From Prorocentrum cordatum (lineage: Eukaryota): a stretch of DNA of 53,722 nucleotides. The notes below the pieces were generated by a model that was not told where the DNA came from, ran no database searches, and saw only the letters and a list, made by a program, of their open reading frames with translations. This document shows positions 1 to 9,460 of this stretch, one piece after another (the stretch's first letter is position 1; the number at the start of each line of letters is the position of its first letter). Position numbers and translations under genes: made by a program. The stretch lies in contig CAUYUJ010000291.1 in NCBI GenBank assembly GCA_963575745.1, positions 62,001 to 115,722 on the forward strand, in the 5' to 3' direction.

Positions 1-30
1 ATGCGATTTCGGCATTGCTGAGGGACTTTT

Positions 31-869
31 TTGGATCGACGGATGAGGCTGAGATGGACCTGCCTACAGCCCATGAGCATGTCGGACATGCCATCGCGTT
101 CGGGGGGCTCGACCAGTCCCCCTGACATCGTCAAGTTCGTTTGCGCAGCGGCTTGGGCAAGACCGTTGTTCTGCTCGGTCCACAACGGTGCCTTGGCACT
201 GCCAATCTATCCCTCCCGGGCTCTGCCACAAGGAGACAGCCTTGCTCTCTGCTCGCTCATCGCCACGATGATGCCGCGGCAACCGCAAGGACGACGACCT
301 TGCTGCATGGTCGATCGCAGCCTGGTCAGCCCAGCCCACGACCTCCTGCAAGCGGACTTCCAGGAGACGGCCGCGTTCGACGCGTCAACCGGGCGCGTGG
401 AGAATGCGAGTAAGTGCTAACGGTCGGTAGACCCAGACGCGGCCCTCACCTCCATCGAACACTTTGGCGTGCTGGCCGCGCCGACCGACAGCGGCGTCCC
501 CGTCGCCATGCGTAACGGCTGGATTAAGGGTGAGGCATCGATCGACGCGCTGTTTCTGTTCCAGGCTCTCAGCACGTCCGCAGTCGGCTTGCGATGGCGT
601 GTGTGCGCCCAATGTGGGCGCGGGCGGGTCCTATCTTGTCGCCGCCGCCGCCGGCCTTGTCCCGTCGCCTCGCGAAGGCGATCCTGCGTTCGTCTACGAC
701 TTGGCAGTGCTGTGGCAGGTGGCGAGCTCAACGCGCCCTCCTCGGCCCCGTCTTCTCGTTGGCCATCATGGGCATCCAACAGGCCAAGGACGAGAAGATA
801 GAGTGGTCTGGTTTCCTGGACAAGCTACGGAGCTCTACGCAAAGCATTTTCCCGCGCATGGCGTCTTGA
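31..869 (+). pseudogene. Degenerate coding fragment(s) of unknown protein
   Basis: Protein-like stretches hop between frames (DLLQADFQETAAFDASTGRVENASK; HFGVLAAPTDSGVPVAMRNGWIKGEASIDALFLFQ; AIMGIQQAKDEKIEWSGFLDKLRSS*). No recognisable domain and no clean exon structure. Confidence 0.25.
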
Positions 870-1899
870 AGCAAACGGATCCTTCGGATGATCACATAAT
901 CACAAAGTTAATGAAAGTATAGTATACGATTCCTGGCGTTTCTGGTCGGGTACCGGCGCGGCTTTTCACGCCTTTCGCGTCATCGGCCGCGCACGCTATC
1001 TACATCAAGTCAATGGTTTGATATGGGACGCAGATGAGGTTTCAGTGGCCGATGCTGTCATCATGTCGAATGAGAGTTTCAGAATGGGTGGACTTGTTGT
1101 CGGAAGCAAATCGTTTTTTGTTGGTTACCTTTCGCAGCGGAGCCGTCATATCATAAACAAGAGGAAGGACGGGACTGCCGTGCAAACATTGCGGTAAGAC
1201 CCCCTCTTTTGGTCATCCTCTTGCCGAGTGTCCGCGACACCGAGGCCTTCGTGAACGACCTGCGACTAAGTGTTCCCTTCCCTTGGGCTCTGGACTTCCA
1301 TCCTTCGCGTGACCTTGAAAACGGGTTGGGTGACCCACGACATGTCCTGGCTGGATCGCAGAGCGTGTTCCAGGGGGGGGGACCATAGCCACCCGAAAAC
1401 GATCAAATTGAAGAAAACTGATCAGGCCAGGGGGGTCACTGACAACGGCCAGGGGGTCACTGACAACGGCCAGGGGGGTCACTGACAACGGCCAGGGGGG
1501 TCACTGACAACGGCCAGGGGGGGTCACTGACAACGGCCAGGGGGCCCACTGACAACCACCGGGGGGATCATTGACAACGGCCGGGGGGGTCGCTGACAAC
1601 GGCCAGGGCGGTCACTAACAACGGCCAGGGGGGTTACTGACAAAGGCAGGGGGGGTCACTGACAACGGCCAGGGGGGTTCACTGACAACGGCCAGGGGTG
1701 GACTGACAACACCGTCGGGCGGGCCTAGGGGGGTGGTGGTGAGCAGGAGGAGAAGGCCATGGAGGAGGAGGAGGAGGAGGAGGAGGAGGAGGAGGAGGAG
1801 GAGGAGGAGGAAAAGGAGGGGGGACGATGGGGAGTCAGAGGAGGGCCGTTGGAGGAGGCCTCCTAAACGGGGTCGGAGTATATGGGGTCGGAGGATCGT

Positions 1900-2085
1900 G
1901 CGCATCACCGATGCATCACCGATGCATCACCGATGCATCGGCGATGCATCGGCGATGCTTCGGCGATGCATCGGCGACGCATCGGCGATGCATCGGCGCC
2001 ATCGGCTATGCATCGGCGACGTGAGCGTGGACCTGGAAGAACTCGGGCTCCGATCGAGCCGCATCGCCGATGCATCGGCGATGCG
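1900..2085. repeat. GATGCATCGGC / CATCACCGAT short palindromic repeat cluster
   Basis: Tandem ~11-bp units. Related sequence, including CGGACCC motifs, recurs at about 6940-7150. Confidence 0.6.
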
Positions 2086-2269
2086 GAGCGAGCCTCCGGC
2101 CCCATCTACTCGGACCCCATCCAGGATGCCAAGAATCATTGGTAGGTGGCCTTCGGGGGCCCCCATCGTCGTCGCGGCTGGACGCAGCGCGGAAAACTCG
2201 CGCGATCGGACCCCATGAGGGGTCCAGGGGGGCCGGGGATGGGGGAGCGGCGCGCGTGTGTCGATCGAG

Positions 2270-2965
2270 CTGTCGGTCGGCTGTCAGTTGATTGTCAGTC
2301 GGTTGTCAGTCAGTTGCCAGTCGGTTGTCAATCGGCTGCCAATCGGTCGTCCACTGACAACCCCCAGGGGGGCCCCACTGACAACCCCCGGGTGGGCCCC
2401 ACTGACAACCCCCAGGGGCCCCGTGGAGGTTGTCAGAGGGCCCTGCTGGGGGTTGTAAGTGGGCCCCCTGGGGGTTGTCGGTGGCCCCCCCCTGGGGGTT
2501 GTCAGTGGGCCCCCTGGGGTTGTCAGTGAGCCCCCCTGGGGGTTGCCGGTGGGGCCTCGTCGGGGCGGTCCCGAAACAGAACGCCTTCCTGTCGAGTTCG
2601 GAACCGCCCCGACGAGGCCCCACTGACAACCCCAAGGGGCCCGCTGACAACCCCCAGGGGGGCCCACTGACAACCCTCAGGGGGGCCACTGAGAACCCCC
2701 AGGGGGGCCCGCTGACAACCCCCAGGGGGGCCACTGACAAACCCCCCAGGGGGGCCCACTGACGGCCCGCTGACAACCCCCATGGGGGCCCACTGACAAC
2801 CCCCAGGGGGGCACTGACAACCCCCAGGGGGCCCACGGACAACCGACCGACAACCGACTGACAACCGATTGACAACCGACTGACAACCAACTGACAACTG
2901 ACTGACAACCGACTGACAACCGACTGACAACCGACTGACAACCGGCTGACAACAGACTGACAGCC
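2270..2965. repeat. Internal palindrome of ACTGACAAC-containing minisatellites
   Basis: GTTGTCAGT-type units predominate on the left and ACTGACAAC-type units on the right, around a 24/25-bp stem (2551-2575 / 2597-2621). Confidence 0.75.
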
Positions 2966-3739
2966 GACGTTGCGAAAAACTCACGCGCTCGGGGCCTGGG
3001 AGAGGCCCAGGGGCCGATTTTGAATTCCCAGCGGACGTCTCAAACCGCCCTGCTCCGGAGGACCGAAAGAGGAGGAGGAGGAGGAAGAGGAGGAGGAGGA
3101 GGAGCAGGAGGAGGAGGAGGAGGAATAGGAGGAGGACGAGAAGGAGGAGGAGAAGGAGGAAAAAACGGAAAAGGGGGATGGGATGGGCCAGGGCCGAGAA
3201 GGCGCGGGATGCGGGAGGAGGATGAGGAGGAGGAGGAGGAGGAGGAGGAGGAGGAAGAGGAGTGATGAGGAGGAGGAGGAGCAGCAGGAGGATGCGAGAA
3301 AGGATGGGGAAGAAGGCGACGGACGGCGATGGGCGGCGGAAGGGGCGCCATTCCTCGTCCGCCTCCTTTCCACGCCGTCAGTGGCACCCCCTGGCGTTGT
3401 CAGTGACCCCCTGGTCGTTGTCAGTCACCCCCCTGGCCGTTGTCAGTGGCCCCCCTTGGCCGTTGTCAGTGACCCCCCTGGCCGTCGTCAATGACCCTCC
3501 CGGTCGTTGTCAGTGGCCCCCCTGGCCGTTGTCAGCCCGCCCCCTGGCCGTTGTCAGTTGTCCCACTGGCCGTTGTCAGTGACCCCCCTGGCCGTTGCCA
3601 GTGACCCCCGTGGCCGTTGTCAGTGACCCCCGTGGCCGTTGTCAGTGACCCCCCCTGGCCGTTGTCAGCGGTGGCCCGCTATTTCCAGTTTGGCAGTTTT
3701 CCGTGAGCCGGTCAGAACACACCAAAAGAACCGGCCAGG

Positions 3740-5425
3740 ACATGTCGGATGACAAGCTGGACAGAGCCAGAACGCAGCAAGCTGGACAGAGCCAGAACGC
3801 AGGCCGCAGTTTGTTCAGTTGCGGTGGGCATCTTACCATTGGAGTCCGAAAATATTCTGACAGACCCAACGCCGCCTCCTTCATAGATGCGGGCACGTTT
3901 TGGTTTGGCAATTCACTCGTCGCCAATTGTGCGTTTATGTAAAAAATCAGCATATCGCTCTTCAACATTTTATGGGATCCTCGGCGGGCCAATGGCAGCT
4001 TCGTGGATGCTCACGGGCCGTCGCAGGCGGTCTTGGAAGCGGACGCAGGCGGTCTTGGAAGTCTCCGGAGCAGGCCCAGCGCGCGGGACGGGGGGGGAGG
4101 CGATCCCCCCGGCCTCCAGAGAGGGCCTTGTCTTCGAGGAATATTGGCGGAAGCCGGCGGAAGCAAAACAACGAGGGCGGTTCAGTTGTCGGAAGTTGGC
4201 GCAAGGCCGGCAGAAGTCAGCAGCAGTACAAATCGCCCCCCCGCCCCAATATTTGCAGAGAGAGAGAGAGAGAGAGAGATTTGTTTGGGTTCAGGATCTC
4301 CAGGGTCGGCGACAGTTGCGCGTGTAGATGTGATGCGAGAGCTCCCGATCAATCACGGGGCGGCGGGGTAGCATTCCAGGCCGCCCAACTCGAGTCCAAG
4401 CATGATATGGCAGATTGTTCCCAGGCGATAGCGGCCGTTACCGGGAGGGGGACGGTGACGTCGCGTTTCGTGTCGGCGCCGTCCAGGAAAGTTCAGGAAT
4501 AACCAAAAGATAGCGGGGATGGCAGATGACTACAGGGATCTGCTACGGCAGAGTGCGCTTACATATAGAGATCTGCTGCGACAGAGCGTTTCTCCTATTT
4601 CTCCTCGTCGTCGTCGGTGGCGTCGTTGTTGGTCGTCGTCGTCGTCCTCCTCCTCGTCGTCGCGTTGTCGGTGGCGTCATCGTCGCCATCGTATCGTTTC
4701 TCCTCTCGTCCTCTTCGCTGCCTGACTCTATTGGAAGGCGCATCGCGCAAGGACATACGATGGGGGGGGAAACGGCAGGAGGGAGGGGGCGGGAGAGGCG
4801 GGGCCGGGACGAAACGACCTTCTCCGTGGGATGGTTTTCCTGCGATCATCAACTACGACCTTCGAAATGAAAACGGGTGCATCACGATTCCATGAAAACT
4901 CTGGGAGTTGCGGGACCGCTGGCAGGGTTGAGGGATCATCAGCAGGAAGCTGCACGTGCATACGCGGCTTCTTGGCACCATTTGCGACCTCTTCAGGAGG
5001 ACTGCCTTCTTGCGCCAATCCAGCGCCACCGCCCGACGGGCCTGAATAACGAGCGCGCCGAGTGCGCCGAAAGAGTCCACCATGCCAACCGTCTTCATCA
5101 CTGTCTTCATCAGGAGGGCCTCCATCGGCACGGGCTGCGCGGCTGCACCAGGACGAGCTCCGCGAATCAGGAACTCAAATCGACAGTGGCCGTCGGAGTG
5201 CTTGTGGCCATGGTCCACAATCGCGCGAGAGACCTTCATAGCAGCAACCCAATCTAGAGTAATACCTGCAAAGATCTGCAGGCCAGCATCCACGGAAACT
5301 CCAGGGTAGATGTGCACCATGAGCTTCTGGATGAGGGCCACCTCGTTCGTGGCGTATGTGACGACGAGTCTACAGCCAGCCGCAAGCAGTTGCTTGAGGT
5401 ACGCCATGCGGGCAGCGACAACCAT
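3740..5425 (-). pseudogene. Disrupted minus-strand gene or retrocopy of unknown function
   Basis: ATG at 5425 or 5407 opens MVVAARMAYLKQLLAAGCRLVVTYATNEVALIQKLMVHIYPG... The sequence continues after frameshifts (AQEGSPPEEVANGAKKPRMHVQL...; HKMLKSDMLIFYINAQL...) and is interrupted by repeats. An SL-like 19-mer lies upstream at 5481-5499. Confidence 0.35.
4425..4600 (+). repeat. Dispersed repeat, inverted partner at about 6690-6856
   Basis: GCGATAGCGGCCGTTAC...GGCGCCGTC...AGATAGCG...GATCTGCTACG matches the reverse complement of about 6690-6856. Confidence 0.65.
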
Positions 5426-5707
5426 GGGCGACAGGGAGGCGGGGCGCAGGGGCGCCGACCAAGGACTAGCTCGGCATGTGCACGAGCCAAAGTGCTTACA
5501 ACAACAATAGGAGGAGGAGGAGGAGGAGGAAGAGGAGGAGGAGGAGGAGGAGGAGGAGGAGGAGGAGGATAAGGAGGAGAACGACGACAACGAGGCCTTT
5601 TCACAATCTCGGGCCTATCCGGCCGGGGGCGTCCAGACCCGTGCACGAGCACGAATCGACAACAGAACTGTGATCAAACCATTTTTAAGCTCCCAGCCGA
5701 ACACATT

Positions 5708-5870
5708 TCAGGAGGGAAAAAAACACACAGACACAATTAATCGTCGATTTCCCGGAAAATATTGAAAAATATGGGAAGTGGGGGGGAAGACACAAACCCC
5801 GAAAATATAGGAAAATATTGGGAATGCTGTTATTTGTGTGTATTTATTTGTGTGTCCCAAGGCCCCTTCA
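5708..5870. mobile_element. 163-bp interspersed element with 5-bp TSD (copy 1)
   Basis: TCAGGAGGG...GGCCCCTTCA flanked by ACATT/ACATT. Homologous copies at 36534-36696 and about 39930-40101. Confidence 0.75.
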
Positions 5871-6376
5871 ACATTGCGGTGCTCGCGGGCCTCTGGTGCT
5901 CGGAGGCGCGCGCCCTGCCCTATCAGGGCTGCGGGTCTCATACTCGCAGCCTGGTGGCCCCAAATCAGGGGTCGCCAGGTATGAGTTGCCACGCGTTTGT
6001 CGGTGCGGATCATGTTGTGCATCTCGTGTTGCTGCCGCTTGGGAGAGACCGACAGCAGTCGCCCAAGCAACTCGTCCAGTCGTGGTTGCCCGTTCTGGTT
6101 ACAGAGCGCCTGGGGGCGGGGGGAGACATCGAGCCGCAGGGCGAGGCATCATGCCGTTGGTTTCCTGCATTGTAATGTTTCGGGGGGCGGGAACATCTTG
6201 AGATTCTCGATCAAGGGAGAATGCAGTTCGGCGTTGGCGGCACACAGGCATCTCATGGGTGTACGCCATTCCACGCGCCCCCAACGCAATAATAAGGAGG
6301 AGCAGGACGACAAGAGAAGGAGTATGAGGAAGAGAAAAGGGGTGGAGGAGGACGACGACGGGCGCACACACACATA

Positions 6377-6427
<51 letters not shown>

Positions 6428-7332
6428 ACGCACACGCACATGCACATGCACACACACCATAGCACGAATCGATAACATAAGTGGAATCAAACAGGTAGTT
6501 TCAGCCTGTCCCGGCCTGCCTGCCTCGTCCAAACTCCCTCCCCCTATTGTCCTCGCACGAACACCTTGCAATATTATGAAGAAGACGAAGACGATCCGAG
6601 GAGAAAAGCTACGACGACGCCGACGAGGAGGAGGAGGACGACGACGAGGAGGGGGAGGAGAAGGAGGAGGAGTTGGAGGGAACGGAGAAGGGAATCGCCC
6701 TTCTGTAGCAGATCCTTATGGGTTTGCGCGCTCAGTCGTAGCAGGTCTCTATCGGTGTTTGCCATCCGCGCTATCTCTGACTATTTCTAAGCATTCCCAG
6801 ACGGCGCCGGCGCGAAACGTAACATTACCGGGGGGGCAGTAACGGCCGCTATCGCGAAACATTAGAAAACGCTTTCCGGGTGGTGTCGGAGGATTGCGTC
6901 GCATCGCATGTGGAGCCCGATTCTCTCCACGCCGACGGCGCCGATGCGTCGCCGACGTCTCATGCATCGCTGGTGCGTCGCCGATACATCGGCGATGCGG
7001 CGCGATCTTCCGGTCTTATTTTTTCGGACCCGATTTGGGAGGCATTTGCATAATTATAGGTAATTATGCTGTCAGTGTTGTCGACGTTATGCGGCGATGC
7101 GGCGCGATCTTCCAGCCCCATCTATTCGGACCCGATTTGGGAGACATCTGCGTAACTCTGCTGCCATTGTTGTCGACGTCGGCCGCCAGCCAGCGTTGTG
7201 GTATGTTCTTGGCTCGCGTCAGGCTGGCCCCCGCCCCTGGGCTGGCGTCGCCCGCGTGCATGCGCCTGCCGCGTGTGGCCTCCTCCTCCTCTTCCTCTGC
7301 GCGGCCGGGGCGGGGACAGGACAGGAGGCGCG

Positions 7333-7818
7333 ATGGCTGTGGGCGAGGCTGATTTTGATTTGGGCCCCGTTGACGTGGAGGAGCCCCGCTTCTTCCACGG
7401 GCCGCAGCTGCCGCTCTGCGACGCGGAGAGCGAGAGCCTCGGGCAGCTCTGCTGCAGCCGGGCCTACGATCTCGTCTTCGTGATCGTGCCCGGCGCCGTT
7501 GTGGCCTACCGTGGCAGCGCACTCGTCGAGGCCCAAGTCGCAGGAGCGGCCACCCCAGCGGAGCCGCTGCTTCGAATAGAAGCCAGCGAGGCCCCTTGGC
7601 TGGTTGCTGCCAGCGAGGACGACGGAGACAGCAGAGGGGCGAGTCTCGTCTGCGTGGCCTGCGGCAGCCGCCTGTCGTTCTATTCGCTGGAGTCTGCCGC
7701 CAGCGGCAAGGAGGAGCTGGTCTACACGACCAACCTGGGCGAGGGCCAGGACGTGACGGAGGTGTGCTGGCGGGGCCAGGTCCTGCTGTGCGTCTGCTCG
7801 TCTGGCCGCGTCGAAATG
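7333..7818 (+). CDS. FG-nucleoporin (Nup214/Nup159-like) exon 1, putative beta-propeller region
   Basis: ATG 7333 MAVGEADFDLGPVDVEEPRFFHGP...VCWRGQVLLCVCSSGRVEM, GC3-rich codons with beta-strand patterning. Phase-0 GC donor (ATG|GCAGA) joins in frame to exon 2. Confidence 0.7.
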
Positions 7819-7859
7819 GCAGAACCCTGGCGCGGCCGCTGCCTCTGCGTCCACGAGGT

Positions 7860-8471
7860 TGAGCATTGTCTAAAATATTCCCATCCCCACCAGGCCATGG
7901 TATCTCAGCACCACGGGCCAGCCCTCCCAGGTGCGGATAGCACACCCCGCGAAACCCGAGGGAACAGGCATATTCGGACCCCCCCAGATGGAATGGGAGG
8001 GGGACCACGGCGGCAGCAGCGGCGGCGGCGGTGGCGACCACGACCACGACGACGACGACAACGACGACGAGGACGACGACGACGACAACGACGACGACGA
8101 CGACGACAACGATGCAGCACCACTCCACACCCACAAGGGGAGGGTCGGGGGCACCAGCACCCCCCTCCACCCCGATATGCCCACATGGCCACGACCTCAG
8201 GGGGGGGAGGGGGAGCGATCCCATTCGCATGGCCTTCGCGAGGCTCACGGGAGTACCCATCCTCTGGGGGTGCGGGGATCGATCCCAATAGCATGAGGGT
8301 GGGGGGGGCACCCTGCATAATGTATGTTCCAGGGCCCAGGTCCCCCCCTCCACACCATACGAATGGAATCGCCTGACCCCCCCCCCGGAGGGTCCCCCCC
8401 CCCAGTGGGTGTGGGGTAGTGCTGCGGTGCCCCCCCCTTCCCCCCTGTGAGTGTGAGGTGGTGCTGCGGTG

Positions 8472-8521
<50 letters not shown>

Positions 8522-8858
8522 TTCGTCGTCGTCGTCGTAGTCGTCGTCGTCGTCGTAGTCGTCGTCGTCGTCGTCTTTGTTGTTGTCTTTGTCGTCGTCT
8601 TTGTTGTCGTCGTTGTCGTCATCTTTGGCGTCGTCTTTTTCGTCGTCGTCTTCGTCATCGTTTTCGTCGTCGTTCCCCGCCCCCCCCATCCCATCTGGGT
8701 GGGGGTCCCGTGGGGCCCTGGGACCCATCCCAACTGGGGGGGGGGGCTGGTGGGCCCTGAGCCCTGGAAGAGAATTGTGTCTCCATCAGTATGGGGTAAG
8801 TCGGCCAGTGGGGCCGAGGCCACGCCAGTGGGGATAAAGATCGGTCAAACGATGCTCA
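7860..8858. mobile_element. TIR element in intron 1 containing (GAC)n/(GTC)n inverted microsatellites
   Basis: Diverged inverted ends TGAGCATTGTC... / ...AAACGATGCTCA. Shares GTAAGTCGGCCAGTGGGGCC and the terminal motif with the 18260-18444 MITE. Confidence 0.5.
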
Positions 8859-9033
8859 GAGCTTCGAACGTTTTTGACTAAATCTCGCGACCGAGAGCAG
8901 CTGACGAGCTCTCCCGTAGAGGGAACGCGGGCATGACTGAGAGCTTCGCTCTGCAGTCTCGAGAGACCCTAGATCGCTCTGCTACTCGAGCTATCTCCGA
9001 GCACCTAGTATCTCTCGGCGACTGCTCTACTAG

Positions 9034-9306
9034 GTGGTGGACTTCGAGGCGAAGTGCCTCGGGGCCATCGAGGGCTCCGACCTGGTCCTCCTCGGCGGCG
9101 AGAGCTGCGTGTGGGCACTCGACACGGGCACCTCGGAGGCGTGGGCCGTGCACCTCGAGGGCCTGCCAGCTGAGTTCGAGGACCTGCCCGAGGCCTGGCT
9201 GCGCGGCGTGCGCCTCGTCCGCAGGAGCGGCGGCGGCGGCGGCGACGTGGTCGAGGCCATGTGCATGTTCGTGAGCGACAGCGAGGACTCCGAGGAGGAG
9301 GAGAAG
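9034..9306 (+). CDS. FG-nucleoporin exon 2
   Basis: Acceptor CTAG|GTG; VVDFEAKCLGAIEGSDLVLLGG...FVSDSEDSEEEEK; donor AAG|GTACC; 273 nt, phase 0-0. Confidence 0.75.
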
Positions 9307-9460
9307 GTACCGATGCCGCTGTCCTTCTCCCGTCGTCGCCTTTCTGGGCCTCTCGCGAGGCCCTCGTCGCCACGGTCGGACTCGCCTCGACCCTCTGGTC
9401 AGAACGCACCCCGGGAGGTGTCCGGGGAGTGGCGGTGTCGATACGCTTTGTTCCCGAAAG
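9307..9460 (+). mobile_element. Intron 2 as Introner-like element (154 bp)
   Basis: The GT...AG intron aligns nearly end-to-end with the minus strand of 53012-53161 (shared GGTACC.ATGCCG, GCCCTCGTCGCCAC, CTGGTCAGAACGCACCCCGGGAG). Imperfect inverted repeat GTACCGATGCCGC / GCGGTGTCGATAC; AAG|G at both junctions. Confidence 0.65.

Larger units (their letters stand above)
1347..3738. mobile_element. Foldback/MITE-like non-autonomous DNA transposon with minisatellite arms
   Basis: Ends CTGGCTGGATC... and ...GAACCGGCCAG are diverged inverted repeats, flanked on both sides by GACATGTC (1339-1346, 3739-3746). A ~22-bp unit GGCCAGGGGGGTCACTGACAAC is arrayed at about 1424-1711 and in inverted orientation at about 3378-3670. 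Confidence 0.7.

Noticed and set aside
141..180. Walker A-like SGLGKT
   Set aside because: No GxxxxGKT spacing and no downstream NTPase motifs.
7201..7222. SL relic upstream of the nucleoporin ATG (GTATGTTCTTGGCTC)
   Set aside because: Only TTGGCTC plus a gapped GTA match; indistinguishable from chance.
7064..8728. 554-aa minus-strand ORF
   Set aside because: Composed of microsatellite translation and the antisense of exon 1.
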